DNA of 64,000 bases, from contig OY760175.1 of the NCBI GenBank assembly GCA_963663165.1, forward strand, positions 1,216,001 to 1,280,000. Direction: 5' to 3'. The translations under genes and the position numbers were made by a program. The notes beneath the pieces were generated by a model, which did no database searches, was not told the origin of the DNA, and saw nothing but the letters and a program-made list of their open reading frames with translations. The stretch comes from an uncultured Desulfospira sp. GTDB lineage: Bacteria; Desulfobacterota; Desulfobacteria; Desulfobacterales; Desulfobacteraceae. Positions 50,801 to 59,671 of this stretch are shown one piece after another (the stretch's first letter is position 1; each line of letters opens with the position of its first letter).

Positions 50801-52862
50801 CACAAAAACATTCACCTATGACAGACGAAACCGGAAAACCGCAGAGACAGACCATCTGAACGATACCACCGAAACCACCACCCTGTTTGAATATGACAGC
50901 GCCGGCAACCTTGCCGCAAAAACCGACAAAGAGGGGCGAACCACCGCATACACCTATGATGCCCTGAACCGGATTACAAAAGTAATTGACCCGGCCAACG
51001 GTGAAACCATTTATGAATATGACGACCGGGACAACCTGATATCACTGACCGACGCTGAAAACCAGACCACGCTATTTGAGTATGACGCAGCCAACCGACT
51101 GGTAAAGGAGACCCGTCCCCTGGGCAATGAGACCACCTACGCCTATGACAACGCCGGCAGCCTGACCGAAAAGATCGATGCCAAAAACCAGAGAACCGAA
51201 TATGAATATGACGATGCCGGCAGGCTAAATGAAATCCGTTACTTTGCATCTTCAATCGATACTACCCCTGCCAAAACCGTGACCTTCTCCCACGACAAAA
51301 CCGGCAACCTGACCGGCTACAACGACGGGACCACTTCAGCGGTTTACACCTACAACACCTTAAACCAGAAAATCAAAGAAACCATGAACTACGGGGCATT
51401 CTCCCTTGAAACCGGCACCACCTATTACGGCAACGGCATGAAAAAGACCCAGACCGGGCCGGACGGCACCACCTACGGCTACCTGTACGACGCCAACAAT
51501 CAACTTTCTGCTGTACAGGTCCCCAATGCCGGGTATATAACTGTGGGCGAATACCAGTGGAACCGGCCCAAGTCTTTGCTGTTCCCCGGAGGCAGCCAAA
51601 GGACCGTTGAATACGACCCACTCATGCGCATCAAGCAGATCACGGCCCGGGACCAGGCAGACAATCAAAACTTAAGCTTGGCTTATGAGTACGACAAAAT
51701 GGACAACATAACCGCCAAAGCCACGGAACACGGCTCTTATGTTTATGAATACGATGCCCTGTACCGGTTAACAAATACGGACAACCCGGTCCAGGATGAC
51801 GAGGCATTTACCTATGACAACGTGGGCAACCGGCTGACATCGTCAGAGACTTCAGACCAGTGGGCCTACAACCAGAACAACGAACTGGCCGGTTACGACA
51901 GCGTAACCTTTGTCCATGACGCCAACGGCAACATCATCGAGAAGAACAATAACGGTACCATCACCCGCTTTTACTACAATATCGAAAACCGCCTGGAGCG
52001 TGTAGAAAGCGAATCCGGAACTATAATTGCCGAATACTACTATGACCCCTTTGGCCGCCGTCTCTGGAAAGACGTATCCGGAACCCGAACCTGCTACCAC
52101 TACACCGACGAGGGCCTGGCAGGCGAATACAATGCCGCAGGCAACACGGTGAAGACCTACGGCTATAAACCCGGCGGAACCTGGGGAACCGATCCGTTGT
52201 TCATGAAAGTTGGGCCTGAGTACTATTTTTATCACAACGATCACTTGGGCACCCCGCAAAAAATGACGGCTGTCAATGGGGCTGTGGTTTGGTCGGCTAC
52301 GTATAGTTCGTTTGGTGAAGCTGAGGTTGATTCTGCGTCTACGGTTGAAAATAATTTGCGGTTCCCGGGACAATATTTTGATGCTGAAACCGGGCTGCAC
52401 TATAATTGGTTCAGATATTATAATCCTGAAACTGGGCTGTATATCACCACTGATCCTATTGGCCTTTCAGGTGGGATTAATCTTTATAGTTACGCCCTAA
52501 AAAATTCGATTAATTACATTGATTTTCGGGGGCTTGACATAGTTGATGATATTTGGGACGGCCTTGAAGGGCATGGTCCTCTTACTGACCCTATTGATCC
52601 CTCCGATCTATTTGATGCGATAATTTTCGTTATTGAACACGCCTATTCTGCATGTGTGCATTGTGCAGTGAAATGCACTTTACAAGTAGTGTTGCCTTCT
52701 GAGGCTGCAAGTGCAGTTGTAAGGGATATTCTGAAAAATAGAGCTATGGGAGTTGCAAAAGATTCTCTTGAAAAAACTATTCCGTATTATAACACCGTGG
52801 ATGTTGCCGTAACAGCAGCCTTGGTCGCTATATGTACTATTGATTGTCAATCAAAACAATAA
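47847..52862 (+). CDS. 5'-truncated Rhs paralogue (copy 4) with a distinct Cys-containing tip
   Basis: Homology to copy 1 begins at about 47812. The core is nearly identical to copy 1 up to tacgccc (52497). The tip follows DFRGL at 52536-52862. Confidence 0.88.
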   Translation: MPIRIQTTDTGPVVTSEPNRIETGLSLDQSITETLTLKNMGFAPLVDPAVSLVNRDGTPAPGWVLLNLPSDIDAVEVGESVDATLLFSPPPQGAVSEGDYYFYIQLEGANYAAVNIPVHAAVTSSGTGHILFKVSDIYTGTIDEKTGKMIQGLSGAALTLQNENAASITYSGGTDQYGELLLSDIPAGRYKYILKADDHEQSIGRVWIKPGITATQDVFLNNTLVTVEWSVVETGIQDQYEIVLKATYETNVPAPVVVADPLSVSLAGMSPGDVLSGEIRFTNYGLIRADNIEFAAPSSDQYFKYEFLDIPATIEAKESVNVAYRVTCLSSLTGEDEGNGGETGGYSKSGKMSYSAKCYSGSISVNFNVPGTGSGGDWTMPWGSASSTGFGRSSEIPEGVKCWPGFDREEPSFFNAAKSNQVQCVLSSVNMLHREYNRHKTDIRVKVPGGTISFERRYYDNQWHLDYLDDNLTFQSTGSDLIIKNDVKYKPVANDSRIFIHKNYKIITTDTGYTWKAPHGDWKKFDPDGRMMSYGDRNGLVAQLIYEDGENGRLTGIADKNMRQIFWFEYDGEGNLAAVEDFERRRIEYSHGNGLLTDVQDLQGNTTSYEYDDENRIIKTTTPDGHYSTVVYDEYDNVTQSLDENNQGYGFEYVYSESTRLSYAMVTSPAGQVKEACYDLDGYTRRVDINGRTVKTIDVSLRTFAVTDENGNVTIEEYDEWGNLTRMSYPDGSEVTYEYERTYNQPVRKVNENGVVSFFEYDDNGNLTQKTEAAGTDDERITQHTYDEDGNTLTITILADADTSVSQTVMTYDDNGNLETLTDPAGGITRFTDYDITGRLLTKIDARGKTWGYTYDNKGNLKTATDPLGNTTEYEYDKAGNRTRMVDALGRQTLFEYDLHGNLVLQTDHEGNETRFEYDAGNNLIRKTDAQGSTTQSTYDTEGRMVSTVDGHGDETAFEYNDTDTGCSSCNGSRGLPSRIIYPTFTKTFTYDRRNRKTAETDHLNDTTETTTLFEYDSAGNLAAKTDKEGRTTAYTYDALNRITKVIDPANGETIYEYDDRDNLISLTDAENQTTLFEYDAANRLVKETRPLGNETTYAYDNAGSLTEKIDAKNQRTEYEYDDAGRLNEIRYFASSIDTTPAKTVTFSHDKTGNLTGYNDGTTSAVYTYNTLNQKIKETMNYGAFSLETGTTYYGNGMKKTQTGPDGTTYGYLYDANNQLSAVQVPNAGYITVGEYQWNRPKSLLFPGGSQRTVEYDPLMRIKQITARDQADNQNLSLAYEYDKMDNITAKATEHGSYVYEYDALYRLTNTDNPVQDDEAFTYDNVGNRLTSSETSDQWAYNQNNELAGYDSVTFVHDANGNIIEKNNNGTITRFYYNIENRLERVESESGTIIAEYYYDPFGRRLWKDVSGTRTCYHYTDEGLAGEYNAAGNTVKTYGYKPGGTWGTDPLFMKVGPEYYFYHNDHLGTPQKMTAVNGAVVWSATYSSFGEAEVDSASTVENNLRFPGQYFDAETGLHYNWFRYYNPETGLYITTDPIGLSGGINLYSYALKNSINYIDFRGLDIVDDIWDGLEGHGPLTDPIDPSDLFDAIIFVIEHAYSACVHCAVKCTLQVVLPSEAASAVVRDILKNRAMGVAKDSLEKTIPYYNTVDVAVTAALVAICTIDCQSKQ

Positions 52863-52878
52863 ATAGTCAAGAGAAATA

Positions 52879-53208
52879 ATGGATTACTTTAATCAAAAAA
52901 CTTATTCGCTTTTTATTTTAATAACTTCTATCGTTACATTTTTTTATTTCAGAAACAAGGACAAGGAATTTATTGGCAGAGACAAATTATTTTTTGTTTT
53001 GGGATCTGTTTTTGTTGTTATTAATTGTTTTTTTGTCCAACTAACATATGGTTCTGATGTCCTTTTTGAGTGTTTATTACTAAAAAAACTAATGGTTAGC
53101 GCTAAGTTAATTCCAATAGGATATATTTTCATTCTGCTATCGGTTTTCTTTTTTATTGATGATATTATTAAAAAAATATTTTCATATTACAGATCAAAAC
53201 CCTCTTAG
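52879..53208 (+). CDS. Putative immunity protein, membrane
   Basis: 109 aa with three hydrophobic segments, AT-rich, after the tip. Confidence 0.72.
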   Translation: MDYFNQKTYSLFILITSIVTFFYFRNKDKEFIGRDKLFFVLGSVFVVINCFFVQLTYGSDVLFECLLLKKLMVSAKLIPIGYIFILLSVFFFIDDIIKKIFSYYRSKPS

Positions 53209-53401
53209 ACTGGGCTATAGACTGCAGACTGGGCGAGACTGGGTTCAGACTGGGGGGTCGGGCCGAATATTTACGCCCGCCCCCCCCGAATAATTATTTT
53301 TTGTCCATAATTTGCTTCAACTTTTTTATTTTTCGAAAAATTTTTTCGTTTTCATATGAAGCAACTTGACTCTCTTCTCTCAACAAAACTGCCTTTTTGT
53401 A

Positions 53402-54902
53402 TATAATGGACCCCAGAATTCGAACCAGTTGCTAAGCTACACGTGAAGTGATAAAAGCCCGGTTCGAATTTGTACCGAAAAAGGAGGTCTATGAGAAAAA
53501 ATTACACTGGAAAATTCAAAGCGAAAGTTGTTGTAGATGTGATTCGTGAAAATGAAACGGTTTCTGAGCTGGCGACCAAGTACGAAATTCACAGAACCTT
53601 ATTAACCAGGTGGAAAAATGAGGCACTGGAAGGACTACCGGATCTTTTTTCATCAGCCAAACAGAAAAAGGAAAATGATAATCAGAATTTGATAGACGAG
53701 TTATATAAGAAAATCGGTCAGCTCGAAATCGAGAATGACTGGTTAAAAAAAAAGGTTGACACAATCGGTTGATGACCGAAAAAGCCTGATAGAGCAAAAT
53801 CACCCAAGCATAAGTATTAACAGGCAATGTGAGCTGCTTCAAGTTTCGAAAGGGGCACTGTATTACAGGCCGAGACCGATAGATCCATACACTCTTATCC
53901 TGATGGATCTGATTGATAAACAGCACACGCAGATACCTTTTTATGGAAGTCGAAGGCTGACAGCCTTTTTGAACAGTAGCGGTCATCTGGTCAACAGAAA
54001 GCGGGTGCAGCGCCTAATGCGGCTTATGCGGATCGAGGCCCTTTATCCCAAACCCAAAATAACCAGGAGGAATGAAAATCATAAGATTTATCCATATCTG
54101 TTGAAAGGGGTCGCAATCATGAAGCCTGACCAGGTATGGAGTACCGATATTACGTATATCCGAATCGGCAATGGATTTATGTACTTATCAGCGGTGATAG
54201 ATTGGTTTAGCAGGTATGTCCTTTCGTGGCGGCTCAGCAATACCCTTGAAAATACCTTTTGTATTGAAGCGCTTGAGGAAGCATTGATTGTATCAACGCC
54301 TGAAATTTTCAACACTGATCAGGGCAGTCAGTTCACTTCATTGAAATTTTTGAAAATACTGCAAGCCAGGAATATCAAAATCAGTATGGATTCAAGGGGT
54401 AGAGCCCTGGACAATGTCTTTGTGGAACGACTGTGGAGAACCATCAAATATGAGGAAGTATATTTAAAGGATTACCGAACAGTAAAGGAGGCCCAGGAGT
54501 CGTTGAAAGCATTTATTAAATTTTATAATCAGGAGAGACTTCATCAGGCCCTGGGATATAGGGTGCCGCTGTCAGTCTATCGAGCAGCTTAAATCTTGCC
54601 TCCGGCGGCCCTACGGGGTTATTTATTCCGCGCTAAGGCGCGGGGATTTAACGCTTTAAGGACAAAAACATGGGAAAAGGGCAGCATACAGTTGATTGCA
54701 TACTGCCCCCATGTCTTCGTCACCAGCCACGGCGCTCGGGTTGCTTCCCAGCATTGCCCTATCCTCCGGACCGGCGGCGGGATAGTAACATGATCGTATG
54801 AAATGGCAAGAACAATCTGGCAAGGATGGGTACCGGGAAGATATCCCAGAAAAATGTAGCTTAAAAAATATCAAAATCGGTCTTGACATAGGGTCCACTT
54901 CA
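53402..54902 (+). mobile_element. IS3-family insertion sequence
   Basis: Imperfect IRs tataatggacccc / gggtccacttca. No clear TSD, so the left end is approximate. Confidence 0.8.
53470..54592 (+). CDS. IS3-family transposase OrfAB (-1 frameshift at A9G, 53745-53754)
   Basis: OrfA is an HTH protein (FKAKV...LATKY). OrfB has WSTDITY, FNTDQGSQF and DNVFVERLWRTIKYE. Confidence 0.9.
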
Positions 54903-55043
54903 GATTGAACAATGAATGAAATAGCTTAGCCGGGACAAAGAACATTGCCTCCCTTGACGTGGAAAAACCCAGAGAACAAATTGAAGGAAACCACAGGAAA
55001 ATACCCGGGATAAAGCAGCAGGACTAACCCCAGGAGAAAATCG

Positions 55044-55343
55044 ATGCTGCCGATAATGTTAACGCACCAGGTAAAACAGCGATTGCAGATGATAGAGGCC
55101 GCCCTGGAGGCAAGGGCACCAAAGACGTACCGGGAATTGAAAAAGAGTCGCTGCCTTCAATCCTTCCTGGAGGAACGGGAAAAACAGATAATGGAATCGT
55201 TCGATCCGGAAAGGGGCCGGATACTGATGGAGACCCACATGCCCGATGGCGGCGATCCGTTAGCCGTAGTTGGAGAGGCAAATCAGAAACTCCTGTCAGC
55301 ATGGAATCAGACGCTGGAAACGTATCTGGATTTCAGCGATTAA
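55044..55343 (+). CDS. Hypothetical protein (99 aa, helical)
   Basis: RBS aggag upstream and plausible composition; no motif confidently recognised. Confidence 0.55.
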   Translation: MLPIMLTHQVKQRLQMIEAALEARAPKTYRELKKSRCLQSFLEEREKQIMESFDPERGRILMETHMPDGGDPLAVVGEANQKLLSAWNQTLETYLDFSD

Positions 55344-55972
55344 AATTAAATGCCATGTCAACAGGCAGCCGTTATTACCAGGCCTGGCAGGAAGGAAAGA
55401 ACGGGAGCGGGTATCCGTCCCTCCTGCCCGGTTCCCTGTCCTGGCCCCTGATCCTGACCGGCACTGGCACCAACGTCAGCCCGGTGGAGAATGACAGCCT
55501 GATTACCGCCTGGTTCTCTCCTTTGACCCGGTCCGTCCTGCCCTTCCCCCTCTCCTTTCCGGGGGCATTATATCCACCCATATGCAAAACACCGTCAACT
55601 CCCCTGGTACTAAGCCACCTTCTGAAATTGCCTTAGAATGAAAAATACAAAGTCGGTTTATGCCTATGGTCGATTTATTTGGCCTTGGGCGCTTTGATTT
55701 TGAGTTTATGGCGTAAAGCCGGGTTCATGCCGATATTAAAATTAAATTTGGTGGCGGATTCATTTTCGACCGATTTTCCTTTTCAGGCCAGCCGTTCTGG
55801 TATGAATGACCGGGAATGCCCTGTAAAATAAAGAGAGAAGGACATCATAAATTTTAAAAATCAGCGCATTTAAAAGGGAATCAAAAAAAATCTACTGCTT
55901 ACAATGTGCTTACTTTTTTTATTGGGGAACTAAAAAGGGCTTTGACCGATCAGCCAAAACCCTTGATATTCG

Positions 55973-56060
55973 TGGTACCTGGGACGAGAATTGAACTCGT
56001 ACAGAGATAATCTCCGAGGGATTTTAAGTCCCTTGCGTCTACCAGTTCCGCCACCCAGGC
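55973..56060 (-). tRNA. tRNA-Leu (anticodon TAA)
   Basis: Reverse complement gcctgggtggcggaactggtagacgcaagggacttaaaatccctcgg...gagttcaattctcgtcccaggtacca, with a long variable arm and CCA end. Confidence 0.95.
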
Positions 56061-56289
56061 ATAATCCGGTTTATCTATATTATTTAAGGCTTATTTTCAA
56101 GTTAAAAAATTATATGGGACTCTCTCCCCGGCATTCAAAAAAAATGGAGACTTCCTTTGCTTTGCCCACATCTCCAGGTTCCAGCTTTCGGTCTTTGACT
56201 TTCTGCTTCGTGGTTTCCGGCCTTCCGGTTTCCGGTCTTTGCTGTTTCTTGCCTGGATTTAGCCCTCAAAATCTGGTACAAAAAGCCCC

Positions 56290-56880
56290 ATGAATGCCAT
56301 TGAACAGCAAAAACTCATCCTGGCGTCCCAGTCCCCCCGCAGACGGCAGATGCTTGAACAGATGGGGCTTAAATTTGATATCAGGCCTGCGGATGTGGAT
56401 GAAAGCAACGGGGAGAACCTGCTGCCCAAGGAGTTTGTTGAATATTTGTCCAGGCTGAAGGCCCGGGCCGTGATGGAAGACTGTCCCGATGCCTGGGTGA
56501 TCGGGGCAGACACCGTTGTGGTGGCGGACGACCGGATTCTGGGCAAACCCCGGGATAACCGGCAGGCGGTTGAGATGCTCAAGTTTTTAAGCGGCCGGGA
56601 GCATTTTGTTTATACGGGTTTTACCATAGGCCACCTTGAGAAACAGATCATAACCACCCAGACGGCAGAAACCCGGGTCCGGTTCAAACCCTTGTCTGCC
56701 GGTGAGATCCAATGGTATGCCCAGACGGATGAACCCTATGACAAGGCCGGGGGATACGGTATCCAGGGCAAGGGCGGTTTTATGGTAGCATCCATTGAAG
56801 GTTCCTATACCAATGTGGTGGGGCTTCCGTTGTGCAAAGTTGTGGACACCCTGGTGGACCTGGGCGTAATTAAATTTTAA
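56290..56880 (+). CDS. maf: Maf-family nucleoside triphosphate pyrophosphatase
   Basis: LILASQSPRR, IGADTVV, DKAGGYGIQG and NVVGLP. Confidence 0.95.
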   Translation: MNAIEQQKLILASQSPRRRQMLEQMGLKFDIRPADVDESNGENLLPKEFVEYLSRLKARAVMEDCPDAWVIGADTVVVADDRILGKPRDNRQAVEMLKFLSGREHFVYTGFTIGHLEKQIITTQTAETRVRFKPLSAGEIQWYAQTDEPYDKAGGYGIQGKGGFMVASIEGSYTNVVGLPLCKVVDTLVDLGVIKF

Positions 56881-56967
56881 AAAGGGACTTGGGCTTTGGG
56901 GCTTGGGGTAAAAAAGCGAAATGCCGCCCCAGATCCCAGGTCATAGGTCGTTTCAAGGAAGATATAG

Positions 56968-57660
56968 ATGGGCAGTGTAGCCGATAATTTTAAATCCATT
57001 CAACATGAGGTCCGGCAGACCGCTAAATCCTGCGGGAGGGATCCCGAATCCGTTACCCTTATCGGGGTGAGCAAACGAAAAAGTGTGGACATTATTACCC
57101 GGGGAATTGAGGCCGGTGCGGACAACTTAGGGGAAAACTATATTCAGGAAGCGGTTGAGAAAATCGACATCATCGGCAGGGACAGGGTCTGCTGGCACTT
57201 TATCGGCCACCTTCAGTCCAACAAGGCCAAGTTTGCCGTCAAATATTTTGATTATATCCATACCGTGGACTCGGCAAAACTGGCCAAAGAAATTGACAAA
57301 CAGGCTGGAAAAACAGGCAAAATCCAGAATATTTTTATGGAAGTCAACATTGCCCTGGAATCCACCAAAACCGGGCTTAAGGCCAAAGAAGCCCTTGACC
57401 TGGCCAAAGAAATCAGCCGGTTTGACCACCTGTCGTTAAAAGGGCTCATGTGCATGCCCCCCTTTTTCGATGACCCGGAAGAGGCCCGGGGGTATTTCAG
57501 GCAGCTGGCCGAAATCAAAAAAGAGATCCGGGAAGCCCGGATTCCCGGGGTCAGCATGGACCATCTGTCCATGGGCATGAGCAACGATTTTAAAGTGGCC
57601 ATTGAAGAGGGGTCCACCATGGTCAGGGTGGGAACCGCCATTTTCGGGAGCCGGAATTGA
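56968..57660 (+). CDS. yggS: PLP homeostasis protein YggS
   Basis: VSK, GENYIQE, WHFIGHLQSNK, SMGMSND and VRVGTAIFG. Confidence 0.95.
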   Translation: MGSVADNFKSIQHEVRQTAKSCGRDPESVTLIGVSKRKSVDIITRGIEAGADNLGENYIQEAVEKIDIIGRDRVCWHFIGHLQSNKAKFAVKYFDYIHTVDSAKLAKEIDKQAGKTGKIQNIFMEVNIALESTKTGLKAKEALDLAKEISRFDHLSLKGLMCMPPFFDDPEEARGYFRQLAEIKKEIREARIPGVSMDHLSMGMSNDFKVAIEEGSTMVRVGTAIFGSRN

Positions 57661-58196
57661 AGCTGCTCTTACATATCTGCTGTGCGCCCTGCTCTATCTA
57701 TCCCCTTGAGGTGTTAAAGCACGAGGGCATGGATGTGATGGGCTTTTTTTACCGCCACAACATTCATCCCTTTACCGAGTGCATGAAACGCGAGGATACC
57801 CTGCGCCAGTACAGCGATGACATCGGCCTTAACATGGTCTGGCAAAAGGGGTATGAACTGGAGAAATTTATCCAGTCCGTGGTGTTCCGGGAAACCACCC
57901 GGTGCCGGACCTGCTACCATGAACGGCTCAAGGCCGCTGCCATGATTGCCAAAAAGGGGAGGTTTGACTTTTTTTCCACCACCCTGCTCTACTCAAAATT
58001 CCAGAACCATGAGCTGGTCCGGGACATCGGAGAATCCTTGGGAAAGCAATACGGCGTAAAGTTCTTTTACCATGACTTCAGGGAAGGCTGGAAACAGGGC
58101 ATTGAACAATCAAAGGCCCTTAACATGTACCGGCAGCAGTACTGCGGCTGCATCTACAGTGAAAAAGACCGGTACTATAAACCTTCTGCCAGCTAA
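57657..58196 (+). CDS. queH: Epoxyqueuosine reductase QueH
   Basis: LLLHICCAPC, NIHP..E, RCRTCY and YRQQYCGCIYS. Confidence 0.9.
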   Translation: MKLLLHICCAPCSIYPLEVLKHEGMDVMGFFYRHNIHPFTECMKREDTLRQYSDDIGLNMVWQKGYELEKFIQSVVFRETTRCRTCYHERLKAAAMIAKKGRFDFFSTTLLYSKFQNHELVRDIGESLGKQYGVKFFYHDFREGWKQGIEQSKALNMYRQQYCGCIYSEKDRYYKPSAS

Positions 58197-59629
58197 GTAT
58201 TGTTTGAGGCATAGGTCCCTTCAAGGGGGCCCTGGTGAACAACAAAGGGTAAGGTTTTATCCTGCTTCGCCGCATACATGGCCAAATCAGCGGCGTGAAG
58301 CATATCTTCTTCATTCTTAAAGTCCGGGGCACTGACCGCAATGCCGATACTGGTCGACGCCTGGACACTGTGCCCCTTTAACTTATATGGTGTGGTGCAT
58401 TTCCGGCGTATCCTGTGGACCACGGCCTCAACCTCTTTGATTGAACGCACATGTTTCAGGATAATGGTAAATTCATCACCGCCAAGTCTTGAAACGACAT
58501 CATCATTGCGGACCACTTCGTTAAGGGTGGCCGAAAAGGCCTTGAGCAGTTCATCCCCTACGTCATGGCCCAGGGTGTCATTGATGGTTTTAAATTTGTT
58601 AAGATCCAGAAAAAAAAGGGCAAACAGGTGATCCGGATTCTTCTGATACCGGAGGAACACCTCCTCAAGATGTTCCATAAACTCGGCCCTGTTTTTAAGG
58701 CCTGTGAGGGCATCATGCCCGGCCTGATACGCCAGTTTCCGTTCAAAAAGAACATTGTCGGTAACATCCCGGGCAACAATATAATAAATCATCTGACCCG
58801 AATAGACGGCAATGCTGCAGGAAAACCAATTGTAGACGCCGGATTTTGTACGAAGCCGCAGCCTCATCAGACAGCTTTTTTCCTTGCCATGTAAAGCGGC
58901 CATGGACGAATGGAACTGTTCCACCTCTTCTTTATGAAGCAGACTGAACATGCTGCCGTAACCCGGTTTATGGTCGCCAAAATCAGAAATCCAGCACTGA
59001 TTGCGCTGAATGATATCACCCTGGGCGGTAAAAATGGCCATGGCATCAATGGAGAGCTGATAGAACCGGTCACGTTCCAGCAGGGCACGTTGTAATTCCA
59101 GGGTCAAAAGGGCCTGGGTTGCCAGGGGAGAAAACCGTAGCGTTTTTTTGACCTGATTGGGCCCAAAGTGCCTGAGAGCTGAGTGGGTGACCACCAAAAT
59201 GGCTTTTAAAGCACTGCCCTGCAACCCGATGTGCAGGGCAGAGCAAATTTTTTCGGTGATATGGGCGGGCTGACCCTGCCATTCCGGCACCAGAGAAATA
59301 TCAAAAGCGGCCACGGGCTTTCCTGCAAGTACCTTTCTGAACATGGTCCCTCCAGTCCAGGTACTGTTTTTCAAGGCGTCAAAGGTTGTGGCCAGCACGG
59401 TCATCTTTTCAGGGTCATCTGCCTGAAGAATAAAGGCCTCTTCAAAATCCACCACATTGCGCAACACCCCCACCAGCGCTTGAAACAATGCCTCCTGTGA
59501 ATGGGCCTCGCTCATGGCCCGAAGGCCCTCAAGCAGGGCCTCGGATTCCATGCGGATTTCACGCTCCCGCTGGCGGGACCGCTCCAGGTCCATTACGGTT
59601 TCAAACAATTGTTCAGATTGTATAACCAT
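58193..59629 (-). CDS. Diguanylate cyclase (GAF-like, PAS, GGDEF)
   Basis: HDALTGLKNR, FLDLNKFK..NDTLGH..GD and RLGGDEF. Confidence 0.92.
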   Translation of the reverse strand: MVIQSEQLFETVMDLERSRQREREIRMESEALLEGLRAMSEAHSQEALFQALVGVLRNVVDFEEAFILQADDPEKMTVLATTFDALKNSTWTGGTMFRKVLAGKPVAAFDISLVPEWQGQPAHITEKICSALHIGLQGSALKAILVVTHSALRHFGPNQVKKTLRFSPLATQALLTLELQRALLERDRFYQLSIDAMAIFTAQGDIIQRNQCWISDFGDHKPGYGSMFSLLHKEEVEQFHSSMAALHGKEKSCLMRLRLRTKSGVYNWFSCSIAVYSGQMIYYIVARDVTDNVLFERKLAYQAGHDALTGLKNRAEFMEHLEEVFLRYQKNPDHLFALFFLDLNKFKTINDTLGHDVGDELLKAFSATLNEVVRNDDVVSRLGGDEFTIILKHVRSIKEVEAVVHRIRRKCTTPYKLKGHSVQASTSIGIAVSAPDFKNEEDMLHAADLAMYAAKQDKTLPFVVHQGPLEGTYASNNT

Positions 59630-59671
59630 GGGTTTCCGTTTTTATTTAATTTGACAGGCCTGGGGTAAGCG

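Noticed and set aside
8551..52862. Diversity-generating retroelement explaining the variable tips
   Set aside because: No reverse transcriptase is present, and the tips are non-homologous replacements rather than adenine-specific variants of a template.
11456..52862. Rhs copies 2-4 as pure assembly artefacts
   Set aside because: Each has private substitutions, a distinct truncation point and a unique tip and immunity gene. Fine-scale mosaicism still needs long-read confirmation.
54593..54902. ncRNA in the 300-bp GC-rich tail of the IS3 element
   Set aside because: Some hairpins are possible, but there is no second copy or covariation here to support a distinct RNA.
55044..55343. TnpV-like assignment for the 99-aa ORF
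   Set aside because: The resemblance is weak and by eye only; it needs an HMM search.
55991..56293. 100-aa ORF
   Set aside because: It overlaps the tRNA-Leu antisense and low-complexity repeats.
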